Of a stretch of DNA of 64,000 nt, positions 38,117 through 50,256 are shown one piece after another. The notes beneath the pieces were generated by a model. It worked only from the letters and a program-made list of their open reading frames with translations, ran no database searches and had not been told where the DNA came from. Numbering within the stretch: the stretch's first letter is position 1; each line of letters begins with the position of its first letter. Source of the stretch: Syntrophales bacterium (GTDB lineage: Bacteria; Desulfobacterota; Syntrophia; Syntrophales; UBA4778); assembly GCA_963665615.2 (NCBI GenBank), contig CAXXQE010000006.1:496001-560000 (forward strand). The letters are read 5' to 3'. Position numbers and translations under genes: made by a program.

Positions 38117-38147
38117 GCATTTTATTGCATTTTATTGCATTTTATTG
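38117..38147. repeat. 10-bp tandem repeat x3
   Basis: GCATTTTATT three times. Confidence 0.85.
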
Positions 38148-38193
38148 TAGATGCCATCAAACGTTTAAAAGTTCATCATTAAACGTTTTTCGA

Positions 38194-38221
38194 TTGACGC
38201 CAACCTCCCCCCTCCTATACT
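38194..38221 (+). promoter_or_regulatory. Putative sigma70 promoter
   Basis: TTGACG-N16-TATACT. Confidence 0.55.
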
Positions 38222-38271
38222 CTCCCCGAAAAAAGTCAGTCATCATCCAAAACGGTATTTAAAGGTCCACT

Positions 38272-40167
38272 ATGAAAATATTTCAAAATCGTTTCAGCAC
38301 ACTGGCTCTGGTCGGGGTTGTTTTCCTGGCTATTTCGCTTGTTACGCGTATCGGACTGACTTTCACCGCAGGACGCCTGTGCGAACCAACCTTCGGAAAG
38401 ATCGCCCTGATCTTCCTCGTCGGCCTTTGCTACGACGTGATCACGTTTTCCTATTTTGCGCTGCCTTTGGCACTGGTGCTTCTCGTGCTGCCCGATCGCT
38501 GGACGCTTTCACGATGGACGCGCCTACCCGTCACCGTCCTCTACTTCATCGCGCTGTGCCTGCTGATCTTCAGTGCCTGCGCTGAGTGGTTCTTCTGGCA
38601 GGAATTCGGAACCCGTTTCAACTTCGTCGCCGTCGACTATTTAATCTATACGACAGAGGTGCTCAATAACATCCGCGAATCCTACCCGCTGACGACGATC
38701 TTGATCGCGGTTGCAGCCGTTGCAGCAGCGGTATTCGCAACCACGCTGCGGCCTTTGCTGCGAGCATTCTCCAGCCCGACCCGCCGAAGGGCCAGGCTGC
38801 TGCCCTTTTTCGTCGTCGTTCTTGTCGCGGCAGCAGCGTTCATCTTCGTCGATGACGATGACATCAAACCGTTTGACAACTATTATGCCGACGAGCTGTC
38901 TCACAACGGGATTTACAGTCTGGCGGATGCCTTTGAGGACAACACCCTGGACTATAATCAGTATTACCTCACACGGGACCTGGCCGCCGTCTTCAGCCGC
39001 GTCAGACCGCTGGTGAAGGATGCCAATGCCAGCTTCACCGGTCCAGATGCACTGAACATCCGACGACATATCACGGCGCAGGGACCGGAACGTCGTCTCA
39101 ATGTCGTCATGATCGTCGTGGAGAGCCTCAGCGCCGAGTTCCTCGGCGTCTTCGGGAACACAGCCCATCTGACGCCGAACCTGGATGCGCTGGCATCGCA
39201 GAGCCTCTTCTTCGACCGTCTTTATGCCACCGGAACGCGCACAGATCGGGGCCTGGAAGCGACAACCCTTTCCGTGCCTCCGACACCGGGACGATCCGTT
39301 ATCAAACGACCCCATAACGGCAATATGTTCACCCTGATGAGTCAGTTTCAAAAGAGGGGATATGACACAAAATTCCTTTACGGGGGATTCGGCTATTTCG
39401 ACAACATGAACGCGTATTTCTCCGGCAACGGCGCTGAAATCGTGGATCGCGCCGTGCTGGCCAGCAACGAGGTTACCTTTGCCAATGCTTGGGGCGTATG
39501 CGATGAAGACCTCTATCGACGCGCCGTCAAGGAGTCAGACCGTTCATTTAAAAACGGACGACCTTTTTTCTCGCTTCTGATGACGACTTCCAATCACCGG
39601 CCCTTTACTTACCCGCAGACCATCGACATGCCATCAGGGACCGGACGCGACGGTGCTGTCAAATATACCGATTATGCAATCGGACAGTTTTTGAAGGCGG
39701 CAAAATCCCGACCGTGGTTCGACTCAACCATCTTCGTGATCGTGGCCGATCATTGCGCAGGCAGCGCAGGCGAGGCGGAACTCAACTACGCCAAATACCA
39801 CATCCCGCTTTTCATTTATGCGCCCCGGTGGATCAAACCGCAACGGATCAGTTCGCTCGCCAGCCAGATTGATGTCGCGCCAACTCTGCTGGGACGCCTG
39901 AACTTCTCATATGACAGCCTCTTCTTCGGTCGCGATTTGTTGCAGTCCTCACCGGACAGGGTGATGGTCGGCAATTATCAGAAACTCGGCTATTCCGACG
40001 GCAGGCATCTGATGGTTCTCCTGCCCCAGAAAAAAACGATTGCTTACCGCATTGAGGATGGGAAAAATCAGCAGAAGACAGGAACGGACAAGAAACTGCT
40101 GGAGGAGGCCATTGCCTATTACCAGACCGCCCATTACCTGCTCAGCCGCGATCTGTACCGTCGGTAG
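38272..40167 (+). CDS. LTA synthase / phosphoglycerol transferase family sulfatase-fold membrane protein
   Basis: Five N-terminal TMs; VVESL, GTRT, SNHRP, ADH, SQIDVAPT. Confidence 0.92.
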   Translation: MKIFQNRFSTLALVGVVFLAISLVTRIGLTFTAGRLCEPTFGKIALIFLVGLCYDVITFSYFALPLALVLLVLPDRWTLSRWTRLPVTVLYFIALCLLIFSACAEWFFWQEFGTRFNFVAVDYLIYTTEVLNNIRESYPLTTILIAVAAVAAAVFATTLRPLLRAFSSPTRRRARLLPFFVVVLVAAAAFIFVDDDDIKPFDNYYADELSHNGIYSLADAFEDNTLDYNQYYLTRDLAAVFSRVRPLVKDANASFTGPDALNIRRHITAQGPERRLNVVMIVVESLSAEFLGVFGNTAHLTPNLDALASQSLFFDRLYATGTRTDRGLEATTLSVPPTPGRSVIKRPHNGNMFTLMSQFQKRGYDTKFLYGGFGYFDNMNAYFSGNGAEIVDRAVLASNEVTFANAWGVCDEDLYRRAVKESDRSFKNGRPFFSLLMTTSNHRPFTYPQTIDMPSGTGRDGAVKYTDYAIGQFLKAAKSRPWFDSTIFVIVADHCAGSAGEAELNYAKYHIPLFIYAPRWIKPQRISSLASQIDVAPTLLGRLNFSYDSLFFGRDLLQSSPDRVMVGNYQKLGYSDGRHLMVLLPQKKTIAYRIEDGKNQQKTGTDKKLLEEAIAYYQTAHYLLSRDLYRR

Positions 40168-40172
40168 TTTTC

Positions 40173-40766
40173 TCAGGCAAATGCGCTAAGCAGCGTCATC
40201 ACGGCGCCTGCGGCAACCGGAATCGCCAGGTTGTCGTTCAGAAACCGGGGGAGAAATAATTCGACTCCCGCGGCGGCAACAGCCCCCGCAGCCAGCACAC
40301 TAAACGGAATCTGAAACCCCGCCAAGTTCAAACCCGACCCAACTGCGAGGGACACAATAATAAAGGCCAGGGTTCCCTCCAGGCTCTTTTCACGGAAGAT
40401 CTTTGTCCGACCGAAGCGTTCTCCAACGGTCGTGGCCGAAACATCACCGCATGCGAGAAATAATATGGCAGTCGTGGCAACGTCGGTTCGATACAGAAAA
40501 AACGACAGACCGACGCCGATCACATAAGGAGAAATGCCTGTGATCTTGTCGGCTTCACCGACACGGATGAAGCTGCTGCAGTGGCTTTGAATGAAATGGT
40601 TGAGTCGGCCAATCTTGAGACGGGCCATGTCGAAGACGAGCACCGCCAGGGCTATGAGGCCATAAGCCAGCAACGCACCGTGTCGTCCCAAAAGATAGTA
40701 AAGCGAAAGCAGTCCAAGACCGCCCAAGAGATGAAAGATCTTGCGTCCAATATGCTTCACAGGCAC
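40173..40766 (-). CDS. Polyprenol/diacylglycerol kinase family membrane protein
   Basis: RKIFH, GDVSA..VG..FG, KSLEG, DNL.IP. Confidence 0.88.
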   Translation of the reverse strand: MPVKHIGRKIFHLLGGLGLLSLYYLLGRHGALLAYGLIALAVLVFDMARLKIGRLNHFIQSHCSSFIRVGEADKITGISPYVIGVGLSFFLYRTDVATTAILFLACGDVSATTVGERFGRTKIFREKSLEGTLAFIIVSLAVGSGLNLAGFQIPFSVLAAGAVAAAGVELFLPRFLNDNLAIPVAAGAVMTLLSAFA

Positions 40767-40803
40767 ACCCGTCGAAACAATGGCGGTTACCGAAATGACC
40801 AGG

Positions 40804-42330
40804 CTATCGGTACCAGCGATAATCGATCCCGTACTTCTTGGCCTTGTAGGCGATTTGGCGCTCGGTGATTCCGAGCATGTAGGCGGACTTGGCCATGTTG
40901 CCCCGCGTCGTTTTCAGGGCATCGACGATACGGTCGCGCTCCAGATTCTCGACAGCCTCGTCGAGTGTCGCCCCAGGCGCGGACTGGTAATGGTTGACCG
41001 TCTGAAGAGAGGGCGGCAGGTGATAGGTCTGAATGACGTTCTCCTCGCACAGCAGCACAGCGCGCTCGATACAGTTCTCAAGTTCCCGGACATTGCCCGG
41101 CCAGTGATACTGCATCAGCATGTCTATCGTCGTGCGGGAGAAACTTCGGATGTCCTTGTGATTCTCCGCTGCGTATTTCTCGAGGAAAAAATCGGAGAGT
41201 AGCAGGATGTCCGTCTTTCTTTCCCGCAGCGGCGGGATATAGATCGGAAAGACATTCAGCCGATAATAGAGGTCTTCACGAAACTCTCCCGCCTTGACGG
41301 CCTCTTCAAGGTTTTTGTTGGTGGCCGCCAGAATCCGAACATCCGTTTTGATGACCTGGCTGCCGCCGACCCGTTCGAACTCCTTCTCCTGCAAGGCACG
41401 CAGCAGCTTGGCCTGAACCTCCAGGCTGATCGTCCCGATTTCATCGAGAAAGATCGTGCCCCGGTGGGCCAACTCGAACTTCCCGATCTTCTGTCTGAGC
41501 GCCCCGGTAAAGGACCCCTTTTCATGACCGAAGAGTTCGCTTTCGATCAAAGTCGAAGGCATGGCGGCGCAGTTGACCTTGATGAAAGGGTTGCGCGCCC
41601 GGGCGCTGGCGTAATGGATGGCGCTGGCGACCAATTCCTTGCCCGTTCCACTCTCGCCGCGGATGAGGACCGTGGCGTTGCTGCGCGACACCTGGGAGAT
41701 CATCTGGAAGACTTCCTTGATCTTGCCGGAGTTTCCGATGATATTGGTAATCCGGTACTTTCGCGCCAATTCGTCACGAAGCTTCTGGTTTTCCTGACGG
41801 AGTTGTTCCTTCTCAAGATAAACCGTTTCCAGGTTGATGACATGCTGAGCGATCATGGTTGCCACGATGGACAGAAGTCGCTCGCCGTCTTCCAGCGAGT
41901 AGGCGGGGTCGTAGAGCCGATCGACGCTCAGGGCGCCGACGACCTGATTCCCCTTCTTGACAGGAACGCAGATAAAGGAGAGCTCTTGATCGGAAACGGT
42001 TCGACGGGTGGCCGTCCGGTTCAGAAAGAGCGGTTCCTTGCTGATTTGCGGAATGACGTAAGGTTGACCGGTCTGGATGACGCGCCCGGTGATGCCCTCG
42101 CCGACCTTGTATTTGCCGCGCTCGATCGCACCACGGGACAGGCCATGCGCCACCTCGATGCTGATCTCGTCCCTGAGGGGATTGAGGATGGTGACGGTTC
42201 CGCGCATCATGCCGATCGAGCTTTCGAGCAGATTCAGAACCTGGTAGAGCGAATCTTTCAGGTCCAGGCTCTCGTTCAGAACGCGCCCGATCTCATAGAG
42301 GAGCTTAAGTTCTTCCAGGTTTTTCATCAT
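40804..42330 (-). CDS. GAF-domain sigma54-dependent activator (NifA-like)
   Basis: GAF (GEGITG, FICVP), [28 protein letters not shown], Fis-type HTH. Confidence 0.94.
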   Translation of the reverse strand: MMKNLEELKLLYEIGRVLNESLDLKDSLYQVLNLLESSIGMMRGTVTILNPLRDEISIEVAHGLSRGAIERGKYKVGEGITGRVIQTGQPYVIPQISKEPLFLNRTATRRTVSDQELSFICVPVKKGNQVVGALSVDRLYDPAYSLEDGERLLSIVATMIAQHVINLETVYLEKEQLRQENQKLRDELARKYRITNIIGNSGKIKEVFQMISQVSRSNATVLIRGESGTGKELVASAIHYASARARNPFIKVNCAAMPSTLIESELFGHEKGSFTGALRQKIGKFELAHRGTIFLDEIGTISLEVQAKLLRALQEKEFERVGGSQVIKTDVRILAATNKNLEEAVKAGEFREDLYYRLNVFPIYIPPLRERKTDILLLSDFFLEKYAAENHKDIRSFSRTTIDMLMQYHWPGNVRELENCIERAVLLCEENVIQTYHLPPSLQTVNHYQSAPGATLDEAVENLERDRIVDALKTTRGNMAKSAYMLGITERQIAYKAKKYGIDYRWYR

Positions 42331-42364
42331 ACCAACGACCGTCTCGCAGGAAGTCACAATTCCC

Positions 42365-42432
42365 GTCATTCCCGCGGAAGCGGGAATCCAGGTCTTTGAA
42401 CCTGACCGGCTCCCCGCTTCCGCGGGGATGAC
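42365..42432. repeat. REP-like inverted doublet
   Basis: GTCATTCCCGCGGAAGCGGGAATCCAG ... CCCCGCTTCCGCGGGGATGAC. Confidence 0.8.
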
Positions 42433-42448
42433 AGTGACGGCACTTTAT

Positions 42449-42513
42449 GCTCGTCACCCGTTACTTGTAACTCGTCACTATTTTTGCAACTTTAAACTCT
42501 AAACTTCTAACTA
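42449..42513. repeat. Two adjacent heptamer arrays
   Basis: CTCGTCA CCCGTTA CTTGTAA CTCGTCA, then AACTTTA AACTCTA AACTTCT after the purF stop. Confidence 0.6.
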
Positions 42514-43935
42514 TTATTCCAGACACCCCTTCGAAAACTCGCCCTCCGGCTTAATCGGATAATTGCCGTTAAAGCAGGCCAGACAGAATTGTTCCCTCGA
42601 AATGCCCGTCGCATCGATCATCCCCTCAAGACTCAGGTAGCAGAGGCTGTCCACGCCGATATACTGTTCGATATCCTTCGGCGTATGGTCATGGGCGATC
42701 AACTCTCCGCGGGTGGAAAAATCGATCCCGTAGTAACACGGGTGGCGATGCGGCGGACAACTCACGGCCATGTGGACCTCTTTGGCGCCCGCCTGCCGCA
42801 GCGTCTTGATCCGCATCCGGCTGGTGGTGCCCCGGATGATGGAGTCCTCGATAATGACAACGCGCTTGCCCTCCATCAAGCCACGAACGGGATTGAGCTT
42901 CACCTTCACGCCGAAGTCCCGCATCGACTGGGTCGGCTCGATGAAGGTCCTGCCGACATAGTGGTTCCGGATCATCCCCATTTCCAGCGGAATGCCGGAG
43001 GCTTGACAGAATCCTATGGCGGCGTAGTTTCCCGAATCGGGGAAGGGCATCGCGAAATCGACATCCAGCGGGTATTCCTTGGCCAGGTTTTCGCCGAGTT
43101 TCTTGCGCACGGCGTAAACATTTCGTCCGAAAATGTTGCTGTCGGGCCTGGCGAAGTAGATGAATTCGAAGATGCAAAAAGTCTTGGGCCGTTCCGCAAA
43201 AGGCTTGAGCGACTTCAGGCCATGTTCGTCGATGATGAGAATCTCGCCCGGCTCAATATCGCGAACATAAGTGGCATCAATCAGATCAAGGGCGCAGGTT
43301 TCAGAGGAAACGACGTAGGAGTCATTGAGCTTGCCCAAACACAGCGGTCGCCAGCCGTTAGGGTCGCGGAAGGCGATCAGTTTGTCCTCCGTCATGAGGA
43401 TGCACGAGTAGGCCCCCTGAATGGCCATGGCCATCTCGACGAGCGCCTGTTCCAGCCCCTGATGAATGCTGCGGGCCAGGAGGTGCACAATGACCTCGCT
43501 GTCCATGGTGGTCTGGAAGATAGAGCCCCTGCCCTCCAGGGCGGTCCGCAGGACGCGGGAATTGGTGAGATTGCCGTTGTGCGCGATCGCCAGGGTCTTG
43601 CCGCCGTGGTTGACAACGAAGGGTTGAACGTTTTTGAGAATGGAAGAACCGGTAGTGGAGTAACGAACATGACCGGAGGCCATATGACCGCGCAGGTTGT
43701 TCAGGATGTCCTGATTGAAGATCTCGGTGACCAGCCCCATGTGACGGTGCTCATAGACCATCTTGCCGGTCGACGAAATGATGCCGGCGCTTTCCTGGCC
43801 GCGATGCTGAAGCGCATAGAGTCCGAAGTAGGTCAGCTTCGCCGCCTCCGGATGGCCGTAGATCCCGAAGACGCCGCAGGACTCCTTCGGACCGTCGTCA
43901 GCGATACAATGCATGCATGGTTTGTCAATGCTCAT
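42514..43935 (-). CDS. purF: Amidophosphoribosyltransferase
   Basis: Propeptide then CGVFG, QHRGQESAG, GHVRYST, DSIIRGTTS, CLACF; start uncertain (43914-43962). Confidence 0.96.
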   Translation of the reverse strand: MSIDKPCMHCIADDGPKESCGVFGIYGHPEAAKLTYFGLYALQHRGQESAGIISSTGKMVYEHRHMGLVTEIFNQDILNNLRGHMASGHVRYSTTGSSILKNVQPFVVNHGGKTLAIAHNGNLTNSRVLRTALEGRGSIFQTTMDSEVIVHLLARSIHQGLEQALVEMAMAIQGAYSCILMTEDKLIAFRDPNGWRPLCLGKLNDSYVVSSETCALDLIDATYVRDIEPGEILIIDEHGLKSLKPFAERPKTFCIFEFIYFARPDSNIFGRNVYAVRKKLGENLAKEYPLDVDFAMPFPDSGNYAAIGFCQASGIPLEMGMIRNHYVGRTFIEPTQSMRDFGVKVKLNPVRGLMEGKRVVIIEDSIIRGTTSRMRIKTLRQAGAKEVHMAVSCPPHRHPCYYGIDFSTRGELIAHDHTPKDIEQYIGVDSLCYLSLEGMIDATGISREQFCLACFNGNYPIKPEGEFSKGCLE

Positions 43936-43992
43936 TTTTCTCTTTTCCCTTGGCTCCTTCAACCCTATTCAAGCAACCAGCGAGCCTTTGCG

Positions 43993-46900
43993 TTATTCTC
44001 TGCCGTGATATGCCTGAACCGACTTCACCCCGAGCGTCTCCTGGCTCAGGGACTCGATGGCCGATACCATCGCCAGCGCGCCCGACATCGTCGTCGAATA
44101 CGGCACGCCGTATCGCAGCACCGTGCGACGAATCTCGCGGGATGCCGCACCCGTGCCCGACGATGTGTTGATCGCCAGCTGGACCGCGTTGTTCTTGATG
44201 TGATCCAGAACATGCGGACGGCCTTCGGCAATTTTCTTCACCACCTGATTGACAATTCCGACCTCCGTCAGATACTTCGAGGTTCCGGCCGTCGCCAGGA
44301 TCTGGAAGCCCAGTTTGGCCAGTTTCTGCACAATAGGAACCAGCTTGGCCTTGTCCTCGTCTCGCACGCTGACAAAGACAGCGCCCTTGACCGGCAATTT
44401 CTGATTGGCCGCAAGCTGCGACTTGGCGAAGGCCCGGCCGAAATCGCTGTCGACGCCCATGACTTCACCCGTCGATTTCATCTCCGGCCCGAGCAGGACA
44501 TCCACATTCGGGAAACGGTCGAAGGGGAAGACGGCCTCTTTGACAGAAATATGCCTGGGAATGATCTCGCTCGTGAAGCCAAGCGCTTCAAGCGTCTTAC
44601 CCAGCATGACCTTGGTGGCCAGCTTGGCCAGCGACACACCGGTCGCCTTGCTGACGAAGGGAACGGTCCGCGACGCGCGCGGATTGACTTCCAGGATGTA
44701 GATTTCATCCCCCTTTACGGCGAACTGGATATTGAGCAGACCGATTACCTTGAGTTCCGTCGCCAGGGCCCTGGTCTGTTCCTTGATGCGTTCGATCAGG
44801 GATGGCGACAGGGTATGGGGCGGCAGCACGCAGGCGCTGTCACCGGAGTGAACGCCGGCTTCCTCAATATGCTCCATGATCCCGGCCACGATGGTAATCC
44901 GGCCGTCGGAAAGGCCGTCCACATCGACCTCAATGGCATCTTCCAGGAACTTGTCGATCAGGATGGGATGGTCCGGCGAAGCCGCCTTGGCGATGTGCGT
45001 GAACTCTATCAGCGATTCCTGATCGTAGGCGATCTTCATGGCGCGGCCGCCCAGCACGTAAGAGGGGCGCACCATCACGGGATAACCGATTGTCTCTGCC
45101 ACGGCGATCGCCTCTTCAACGGTCATGGCGGTGCCGCTTTCCGGCTGTTTCAACCCGAGCTTCTGCAGCACGGCACGGAAGAGCTCGCGGTCCTCGGCGA
45201 TGGCGATGCTCTGCTGCGAGGTCCCGATGATCGGGGCGCCCGCCTTCGCCAGGGCCTCCGCCAGATTGAGCGGCGTCTGACCGCCGAATTGCACGATGAT
45301 GCCCGATGGCTTTTCCGTCTCGATGATGTTGAGGACATCTTCTTTCGTCAGCGGCTCGAAGTAGAGCTTGTCGGAGGTATCGTAATCGGTCGAAACCGTC
45401 TCGGGGTTGCTGTTGACCATGATGCTCTCGACCCCTTCCTCTTCCAGAGCGAAGGAGGCCTGAACGCAGCAGTAGTCGAACTCGATCCCCTGGCCGATAC
45501 GGTTCGGACCGCCGCCCAGAATAATGACCTTCCTGCGGCCGGAGACGCGCACCTCGTTCTCGGTTTCATACGAGGAATAATAGTAGGGCGTGTGGGCCTC
45601 GAATTCCGCGGCGCAGGTATCGACGAGTTTGTAGACCGGTTCGATCTTCAGGCGCTTGCGTTCAGCGCGGATTTGATCATCCGTCGTCTTGGCCAGATAC
45701 GCCAACTGCACATCGGAGAAGCCCATCTCCTTGGCCTGCCGCAGAAGCTCCGCATCGGGAATCCCCTGAACCGCCGCCAGCCGGTCTTCCATGGCGATAA
45801 TCTGGGCAAGCTGGTTGAGGAACCAGGGATCAATGCCTGTCAACTTGTAGATGGTGTCGATCTCGATACCCGACTTGATGGCATAGCGCAGATAGAAGAC
45901 GCGCTGGGAGTTCGGCACCGAGAGGTTCTGCTTGATCTCTTCGACCGACGGCATCTTCCCCGTCAGTTCCAGGCCGCGGCCGTCTGCGCCCAGACCGAAG
46001 CGCCCGATCTCGAGGGAGCGCATGCCTTTCTGGAAGGCCTCCTTGAAGGTCCGGCCGATCGCCATGGTCTCGCCGACCGACTTCATCGATACGGTGAGAT
46101 AATCCTCGGTGGTCGGGAATTTCTCAAAGGTCCAGCGCGGGATCTTGACGACGCAGTAGTCGATGGTGGGTTCGAAGGAGGCCACGGTTTCTTTGGTGAT
46201 ATCGTTCGGCAATTCGTCGAGGGAATAGCCCACGGCCAGCTTGGCCGCGATCTTCGCAATGGGGAAGCCCGTCGCCTTCGAGGCCAGGGCGGAACTGCGC
46301 GACACACGCGGATTCATCTCGATGACGATCATGTCCCCGTTTACGGGATTGACCGCAAACTGGACGTTGGAGCCGCCGGTATCGACGCCGATCTCGCGCA
46401 TGATCGCAATCGCGGCATCGCGCATTACCTGATATTCCCTGTCGGTAAGGGTCTGCGCCGGGGCGACCGTGATGCTGTCACCGGTATGGATCCCCATCGG
46501 ATCGAAGTTTTCAATGGAGCAGATGATGACGACGTTGTCCTTGCTGTCGCGCATGACCTCCAGCTCGTATTCCTTCCAGCCGAGCACCGACTCTTCCAGA
46601 AGCACTTCATGGATAAGGCTCGCATCGAGCCCCCATGCGCAGAGGGTTTCCAGTCCCTCGCGGTTGTACGCCACGCCGCCGCCCGTGCCGCCCAGGGTGA
46701 AGCTGGGACGAACGATGATCGGATAACCGATCTCTTCGGCCGCCTTGCGCGCCGACTCCATGTCGCGCACGATCTGGCTTATCGGAACGCGCAGACCGAT
46801 CTTCTGCATCGCCTCCCGGAAGAGATGCCGGTCCTCCGCCTTACGGATCACAGGAATCGACGCCCCGATCAGTTCGACGTTGAACTTCTCCAGCACGCCC

Positions 46901-47214
46901 ATCTCGGCCACCTGAACGGCCGTGTTCAGACCCGTCTGACCGCCGAGGGTCGGCAGGAGCGCATCGGGCCGCTCTTTTTCGATGATCCGCGCGACAAACT
47001 CCGGCGTAATCGGTTCAATATAGGTATGATCCGCCGTCTCCGGATCGGTCATGATCGTGGCGGGGTTCGAATTAACCAGAACCACCTCGTAGCCTTCTTC
47101 CTTCAATGCCTTGCAGGCCTGGGTTCCGGAGTAATCGAACTCGCAGGCCTGGCCGATAATGATCGGCCCGGAACCGATGATCATGATTTTCTTTATGTCT
47201 GTTCGTTTGGGCAT
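43993..47214 (-). CDS. carB: Carbamoyl-phosphate synthase large subunit
   Basis: [20 protein letters not shown], duplicated ATP-grasp, MGS domain. Confidence 0.99.
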   Translation of the reverse strand: MPKRTDIKKIMIIGSGPIIIGQACEFDYSGTQACKALKEEGYEVVLVNSNPATIMTDPETADHTYIEPITPEFVARIIEKERPDALLPTLGGQTGLNTAVQVAEMGVLEKFNVELIGASIPVIRKAEDRHLFREAMQKIGLRVPISQIVRDMESARKAAEEIGYPIIVRPSFTLGGTGGGVAYNREGLETLCAWGLDASLIHEVLLEESVLGWKEYELEVMRDSKDNVVIICSIENFDPMGIHTGDSITVAPAQTLTDREYQVMRDAAIAIMREIGVDTGGSNVQFAVNPVNGDMIVIEMNPRVSRSSALASKATGFPIAKIAAKLAVGYSLDELPNDITKETVASFEPTIDYCVVKIPRWTFEKFPTTEDYLTVSMKSVGETMAIGRTFKEAFQKGMRSLEIGRFGLGADGRGLELTGKMPSVEEIKQNLSVPNSQRVFYLRYAIKSGIEIDTIYKLTGIDPWFLNQLAQIIAMEDRLAAVQGIPDAELLRQAKEMGFSDVQLAYLAKTTDDQIRAERKRLKIEPVYKLVDTCAAEFEAHTPYYYSSYETENEVRVSGRRKVIILGGGPNRIGQGIEFDYCCVQASFALEEEGVESIMVNSNPETVSTDYDTSDKLYFEPLTKEDVLNIIETEKPSGIIVQFGGQTPLNLAEALAKAGAPIIGTSQQSIAIAEDRELFRAVLQKLGLKQPESGTAMTVEEAIAVAETIGYPVMVRPSYVLGGRAMKIAYDQESLIEFTHIAKAASPDHPILIDKFLEDAIEVDVDGLSDGRITIVAGIMEHIEEAGVHSGDSACVLPPHTLSPSLIERIKEQTRALATELKVIGLLNIQFAVKGDEIYILEVNPRASRTVPFVSKATGVSLAKLATKVMLGKTLEALGFTSEIIPRHISVKEAVFPFDRFPNVDVLLGPEMKSTGEVMGVDSDFGRAFAKSQLAANQKLPVKGAVFVSVRDEDKAKLVPIVQKLAKLGFQILATAGTSKYLTEVGIVNQVVKKIAEGRPHVLDHIKNNAVQLAINTSSGTGAASREIRRTVLRYGVPYSTTMSGALAMVSAIESLSQETLGVKSVQAYHGRE

Positions 47215-47281
47215 AGTGTTGAGGGTCCTGGGGTTCAAGGGGTCGAGGGTCTCAACCCATTTATTTTCATTTAGGGGACAG

Positions 47282-48376
47282 TCACTTCTCCTGCTTTTTC
47301 TTTTTCATGTCCGCGATGAACTGATCGAAGAGATACGATGCGTCATGCGGTCCCGGCGCGGCCTCCGGATGATACTGCACGGAAAAGACCGGCAGGTGCC
47401 TGTGGCGTATCCCTTCCAGTGTCTGGTCGTTGAGATTGATATGCGTCACATCGATTTCCTGGTTCTGAATGGAATCGATGTCCACACAGAACCCGTGGTT
47501 TTGCGAGGTGATCTCAACCTTGCCGGTCACCAGGTGCTTGACCGGATGGTTGGCCCCGCGGTGGCCGAACTTCAGTTTGAACGTCCTGCCGCCGAAGGCG
47601 AGCCCCAGAAGCTGCTGACCGAGACAGATGCCGAAGATCGGGTATTCCTCCACGAGCGCGCGGATGGTCTTGACCGCATAGGTCACGGGTTCCGGGTCCC
47701 CCGGCCCGTTGGAAAGCAGAATGCCGTCCGGGTTGAGTTTGCGGACCTCGTCGGCCGTTGTCGTTGCCGGAACAACCGTGATGCGGCAGCCGACACGCGC
47801 CGCACAGTCGAGGATATTGTATTTGACGCCGAAATCGAAGGCCACCACGTGGAAAGCCTCATGCGCCGGGGATTTCCACGGATACACCGCCGCGCAGGTC
47901 ACCCCCTGAACCAGATCGCGCCCCACCAGACTCGGCGAAGCCTTGGCCTTCGCCACGAGCGACGCCGGATCGAGATCCTCGGTGGAGATGATCCCCTTCA
48001 TGGCACCCGCTACGCGGATGTGGCGGGTCAGCGCCCGCGTATCGATCCCTTCGAGACCGATCACGCCCTGCTCGCCCAGATACGCGGCGAGGGATTTCTG
48101 CGAACGCCAGTTGCTCGGAACCGGCTCGCACTCTTTGACGATCAGGGCGCCTGCCTGGATCCGGCTCGACTCGACGTCTTCCTCGTTGACCCCGTAGTTG
48201 CCGATCAGAGGATAGGTCATTGTCACCAGCTGTCCGCAGTACGAGGGATCGGTAAGGATCTCCTGATACCCCGTCATGCCTGTGTTGAACACGACCTCCC
48301 CGAGCACCTCGCCCTTGCCCGCAAAGGCGCGTCCGGTGAATACGGTTCCATCTTCAAGTGCGAGAATAGCCTTCAT
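47282..48376 (-). CDS. carA: Carbamoyl-phosphate synthase small subunit
   Basis: [31 protein letters not shown]. Confidence 0.98.
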   Translation of the reverse strand: MKAILALEDGTVFTGRAFAGKGEVLGEVVFNTGMTGYQEILTDPSYCGQLVTMTYPLIGNYGVNEEDVESSRIQAGALIVKECEPVPSNWRSQKSLAAYLGEQGVIGLEGIDTRALTRHIRVAGAMKGIISTEDLDPASLVAKAKASPSLVGRDLVQGVTCAAVYPWKSPAHEAFHVVAFDFGVKYNILDCAARVGCRITVVPATTTADEVRKLNPDGILLSNGPGDPEPVTYAVKTIRALVEEYPIFGICLGQQLLGLAFGGRTFKLKFGHRGANHPVKHLVTGKVEITSQNHGFCVDIDSIQNQEIDVTHINLNDQTLEGIRHRHLPVFSVQYHPEAAPGPHDASYLFDQFIADMKKKKQEK

Positions 48377-48378
48377 TT

Positions 48379-48413
48379 AGTTTAAAGTTCCGAGTTGAAA
48401 GTTTAAAGTTGTC
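48379..48413. repeat. Heptamer tandem array
   Basis: AGTTTAA AGTTCCG AGTTGAA AGTTTAA AGTTGTC. Confidence 0.65.
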
Positions 48414-48430
48414 AAAGCGCCCTTTTTAGA

Positions 48431-48575
48431 GGGCTGTTCAAAAGCGTTCGGATGCGAGGCGCGCGCCTGTCCCGAAGTCGTTGTCGGGGAGGACCGGGAA
48501 GCGCAGCATATACGTAATATGTGAGCATTCACGGGTCGAAGCGCAACAAAGCAGACGGATGCTTTTCAACAGCCC
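48431..48575. mobile_element. MITE-like non-autonomous element (copy 2)
   Basis: Terminal inverted repeats GGGCTGTTCAAAAGC / GCTTTTCAACAGCCC (14 of 15 complementary). Confidence 0.7.
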
Positions 48576-49355
48576 TCACCAATTCAGGCGAACTTTTACC
48601 CCGCGCCGATTTAACTCTTCCTTGATCTGACGCACGGTATAGGTTCCGTAGTGCGTGATCGAGGCAACGAGCGCCGCGTCGGCCTTCCCGATCGTCAGCA
48701 CATCGTAAATGTGATCGATTGTGCCCGCTCCGCCGGAGGCGATCACGGGGATCTGGACGCTCTCGACCACCAGACGGGTCAGATTCAGTTCATAGCCGTT
48801 CTGCGTACCGTCTGCGTCAATGGAATTCAGGCAGATCTCGCCCGCCCCCAGACGTTCGGCCTCTTGGGCCCACCAGATGGCATCGATTCCCATATAGGTC
48901 CGTCCGCCGTCAATGACGATCTCGTAACCGGATGGAATCTTCTCGGACGGTTCCACGCGCTTGACGTCCATGCCGAGTACCACGCACTGGCTGCCGAAGG
49001 CTGCCGCCCCCTCCGAGATGATCGTCGGGTTCTTGACCGCAGCGCTGTTCACGCTCACCTTCTCCGCACCGGCCAGCAGCACGCGCCGCATGTCTTCCAG
49101 CGTGCGGAGGCCGCCGCCCACAGAGAAGGGGATAAAGATCTCCTCGGCCACGTGGCTGACAACATCGATCATGATATCGCGTTTGTCGCTCGATGCGGTA
49201 ATGTCGTAGAAGACCAGTTCGTCGGCGCCTTCTTCGTAGTAGAATCGGGCCATATCGACGGGATCGCCGATATCGACGTTCTCTTTGAACTTGATGCCCT
49301 TGGTCGTCTTGCCGTCCCTGACATCCAGACAGGGGATGATCCGTTTACTCAGCAT
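48576..49355 (-). CDS. hisF: Imidazole glycerol phosphate synthase cyclase subunit
   Basis: [39 protein letters not shown]. Confidence 0.97.
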   Translation of the reverse strand: MLSKRIIPCLDVRDGKTTKGIKFKENVDIGDPVDMARFYYEEGADELVFYDITASSDKRDIMIDVVSHVAEEIFIPFSVGGGLRTLEDMRRVLLAGAEKVSVNSAAVKNPTIISEGAAAFGSQCVVLGMDVKRVEPSEKIPSGYEIVIDGGRTYMGIDAIWWAQEAERLGAGEICLNSIDADGTQNGYELNLTRLVVESVQIPVIASGGAGTIDHIYDVLTIGKADAALVASITHYGTYTVRQIKEELNRRGVKVRLNW

Positions 49356-49977
49356 GGCCATCCCACCTGCAGAAGTTTTCCAGGATCTTGAGTCCCGCTG
49401 CGCCGCTCTTCTCCGGATGGAACTGCATGGCAATCAGGTTGCGCGTTCCGATGACGGAGGGAAACCGAATCCCGTAGACCGTCTCCCCGACGATCTCGGC
49501 TTCTCTCTTCGGGGAAGGGTAAAAGGAGTGGACGAAGTAGAACTCATCATCCGGCCGGATCCCAGCGAACACCGGGTGCTGTCTTTTCAGCGCAATCCGG
49601 TTCCATCCCATGTGCGGGATCTTCAGACGGCTGCCGTCCGTATCAACCCCCTGCGGCAGACGCTTGACCTCTCCCCGCAGAAGCCCCAGGCAGTCGGTGT
49701 CATTTTCTTCACTCTTTTCAAGAATGATCTGGGTCCCCAGACAGATACCGATCAGTGGCGTGCCCTTCGAAAAGGCCATGCGAAGGGCTTCATCGAGACC
49801 CAGGGCTTTCAGATCGGCCATGGCGCTGCCCGCAGCGCCGACACCGGGGAAAATAATCCGTTCGGCTGCTGCAATCTCTTGCCGATCGCCGGTAATGCGG
49901 CAGGGCGCACCCAACTTTTTGAGGGCTCTTTCCACGCTCCGGAGGTTGCCGGCTTTGTAGTCAACAATCGCTATCAT
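49345..49977 (-). CDS. hisH: Imidazole glycerol phosphate synthase glutaminase subunit
   Basis: [38 protein letters not shown]. Confidence 0.97.
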   Translation of the reverse strand: MIAIVDYKAGNLRSVERALKKLGAPCRITGDRQEIAAAERIIFPGVGAAGSAMADLKALGLDEALRMAFSKGTPLIGICLGTQIILEKSEENDTDCLGLLRGEVKRLPQGVDTDGSRLKIPHMGWNRIALKRQHPVFAGIRPDDEFYFVHSFYPSPKREAEIVGETVYGIRFPSVIGTRNLIAMQFHPEKSGAAGLKILENFCRWDGHAE

Positions 49978-50137
49978 AATCGGTACCGGCAGACTTCTGA
50001 AAGGGATAAAAAACGTTGCAGATACGTCAGGTAACGTGCCGTTTCTTTCGGGTTCCCCATATAGCACAGAACCGTATTTTTTGCCCGCCTTTTTCCATTC
50101 TCTTGCGACTTGGTTCCGGAATATTTTCTGTTATCTT

Positions 50138-50255
50138 CTGACCAACTTGCCAATTTGATTACAGTTAGACTATTGTGACACTGCATCTGGTGTGCGAGCT
50201 AATGCTTTTCCGCCTGTCACTTGTTACTCGTCACCCGTTACTGCGGCGTAAACCG
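50138..50255. repeat. Dispersed intergenic repeat, copy A
   Basis: Ungapped similarity to 52207-52316. Confidence 0.7.
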
Positions 50256-50256
50256 C

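Noticed and set aside
40804..42330. Calling the activator nifA
   Set aside because: No nif genes in the window; architecture alone does not establish the function
42589..47274. 1561-aa plus-strand ORF
   Set aside because: Antisense shadow of purF/carB caused by GC-rich codon bias; no recognisable motifs. The same applies to many other long antisense ORFs in the track.
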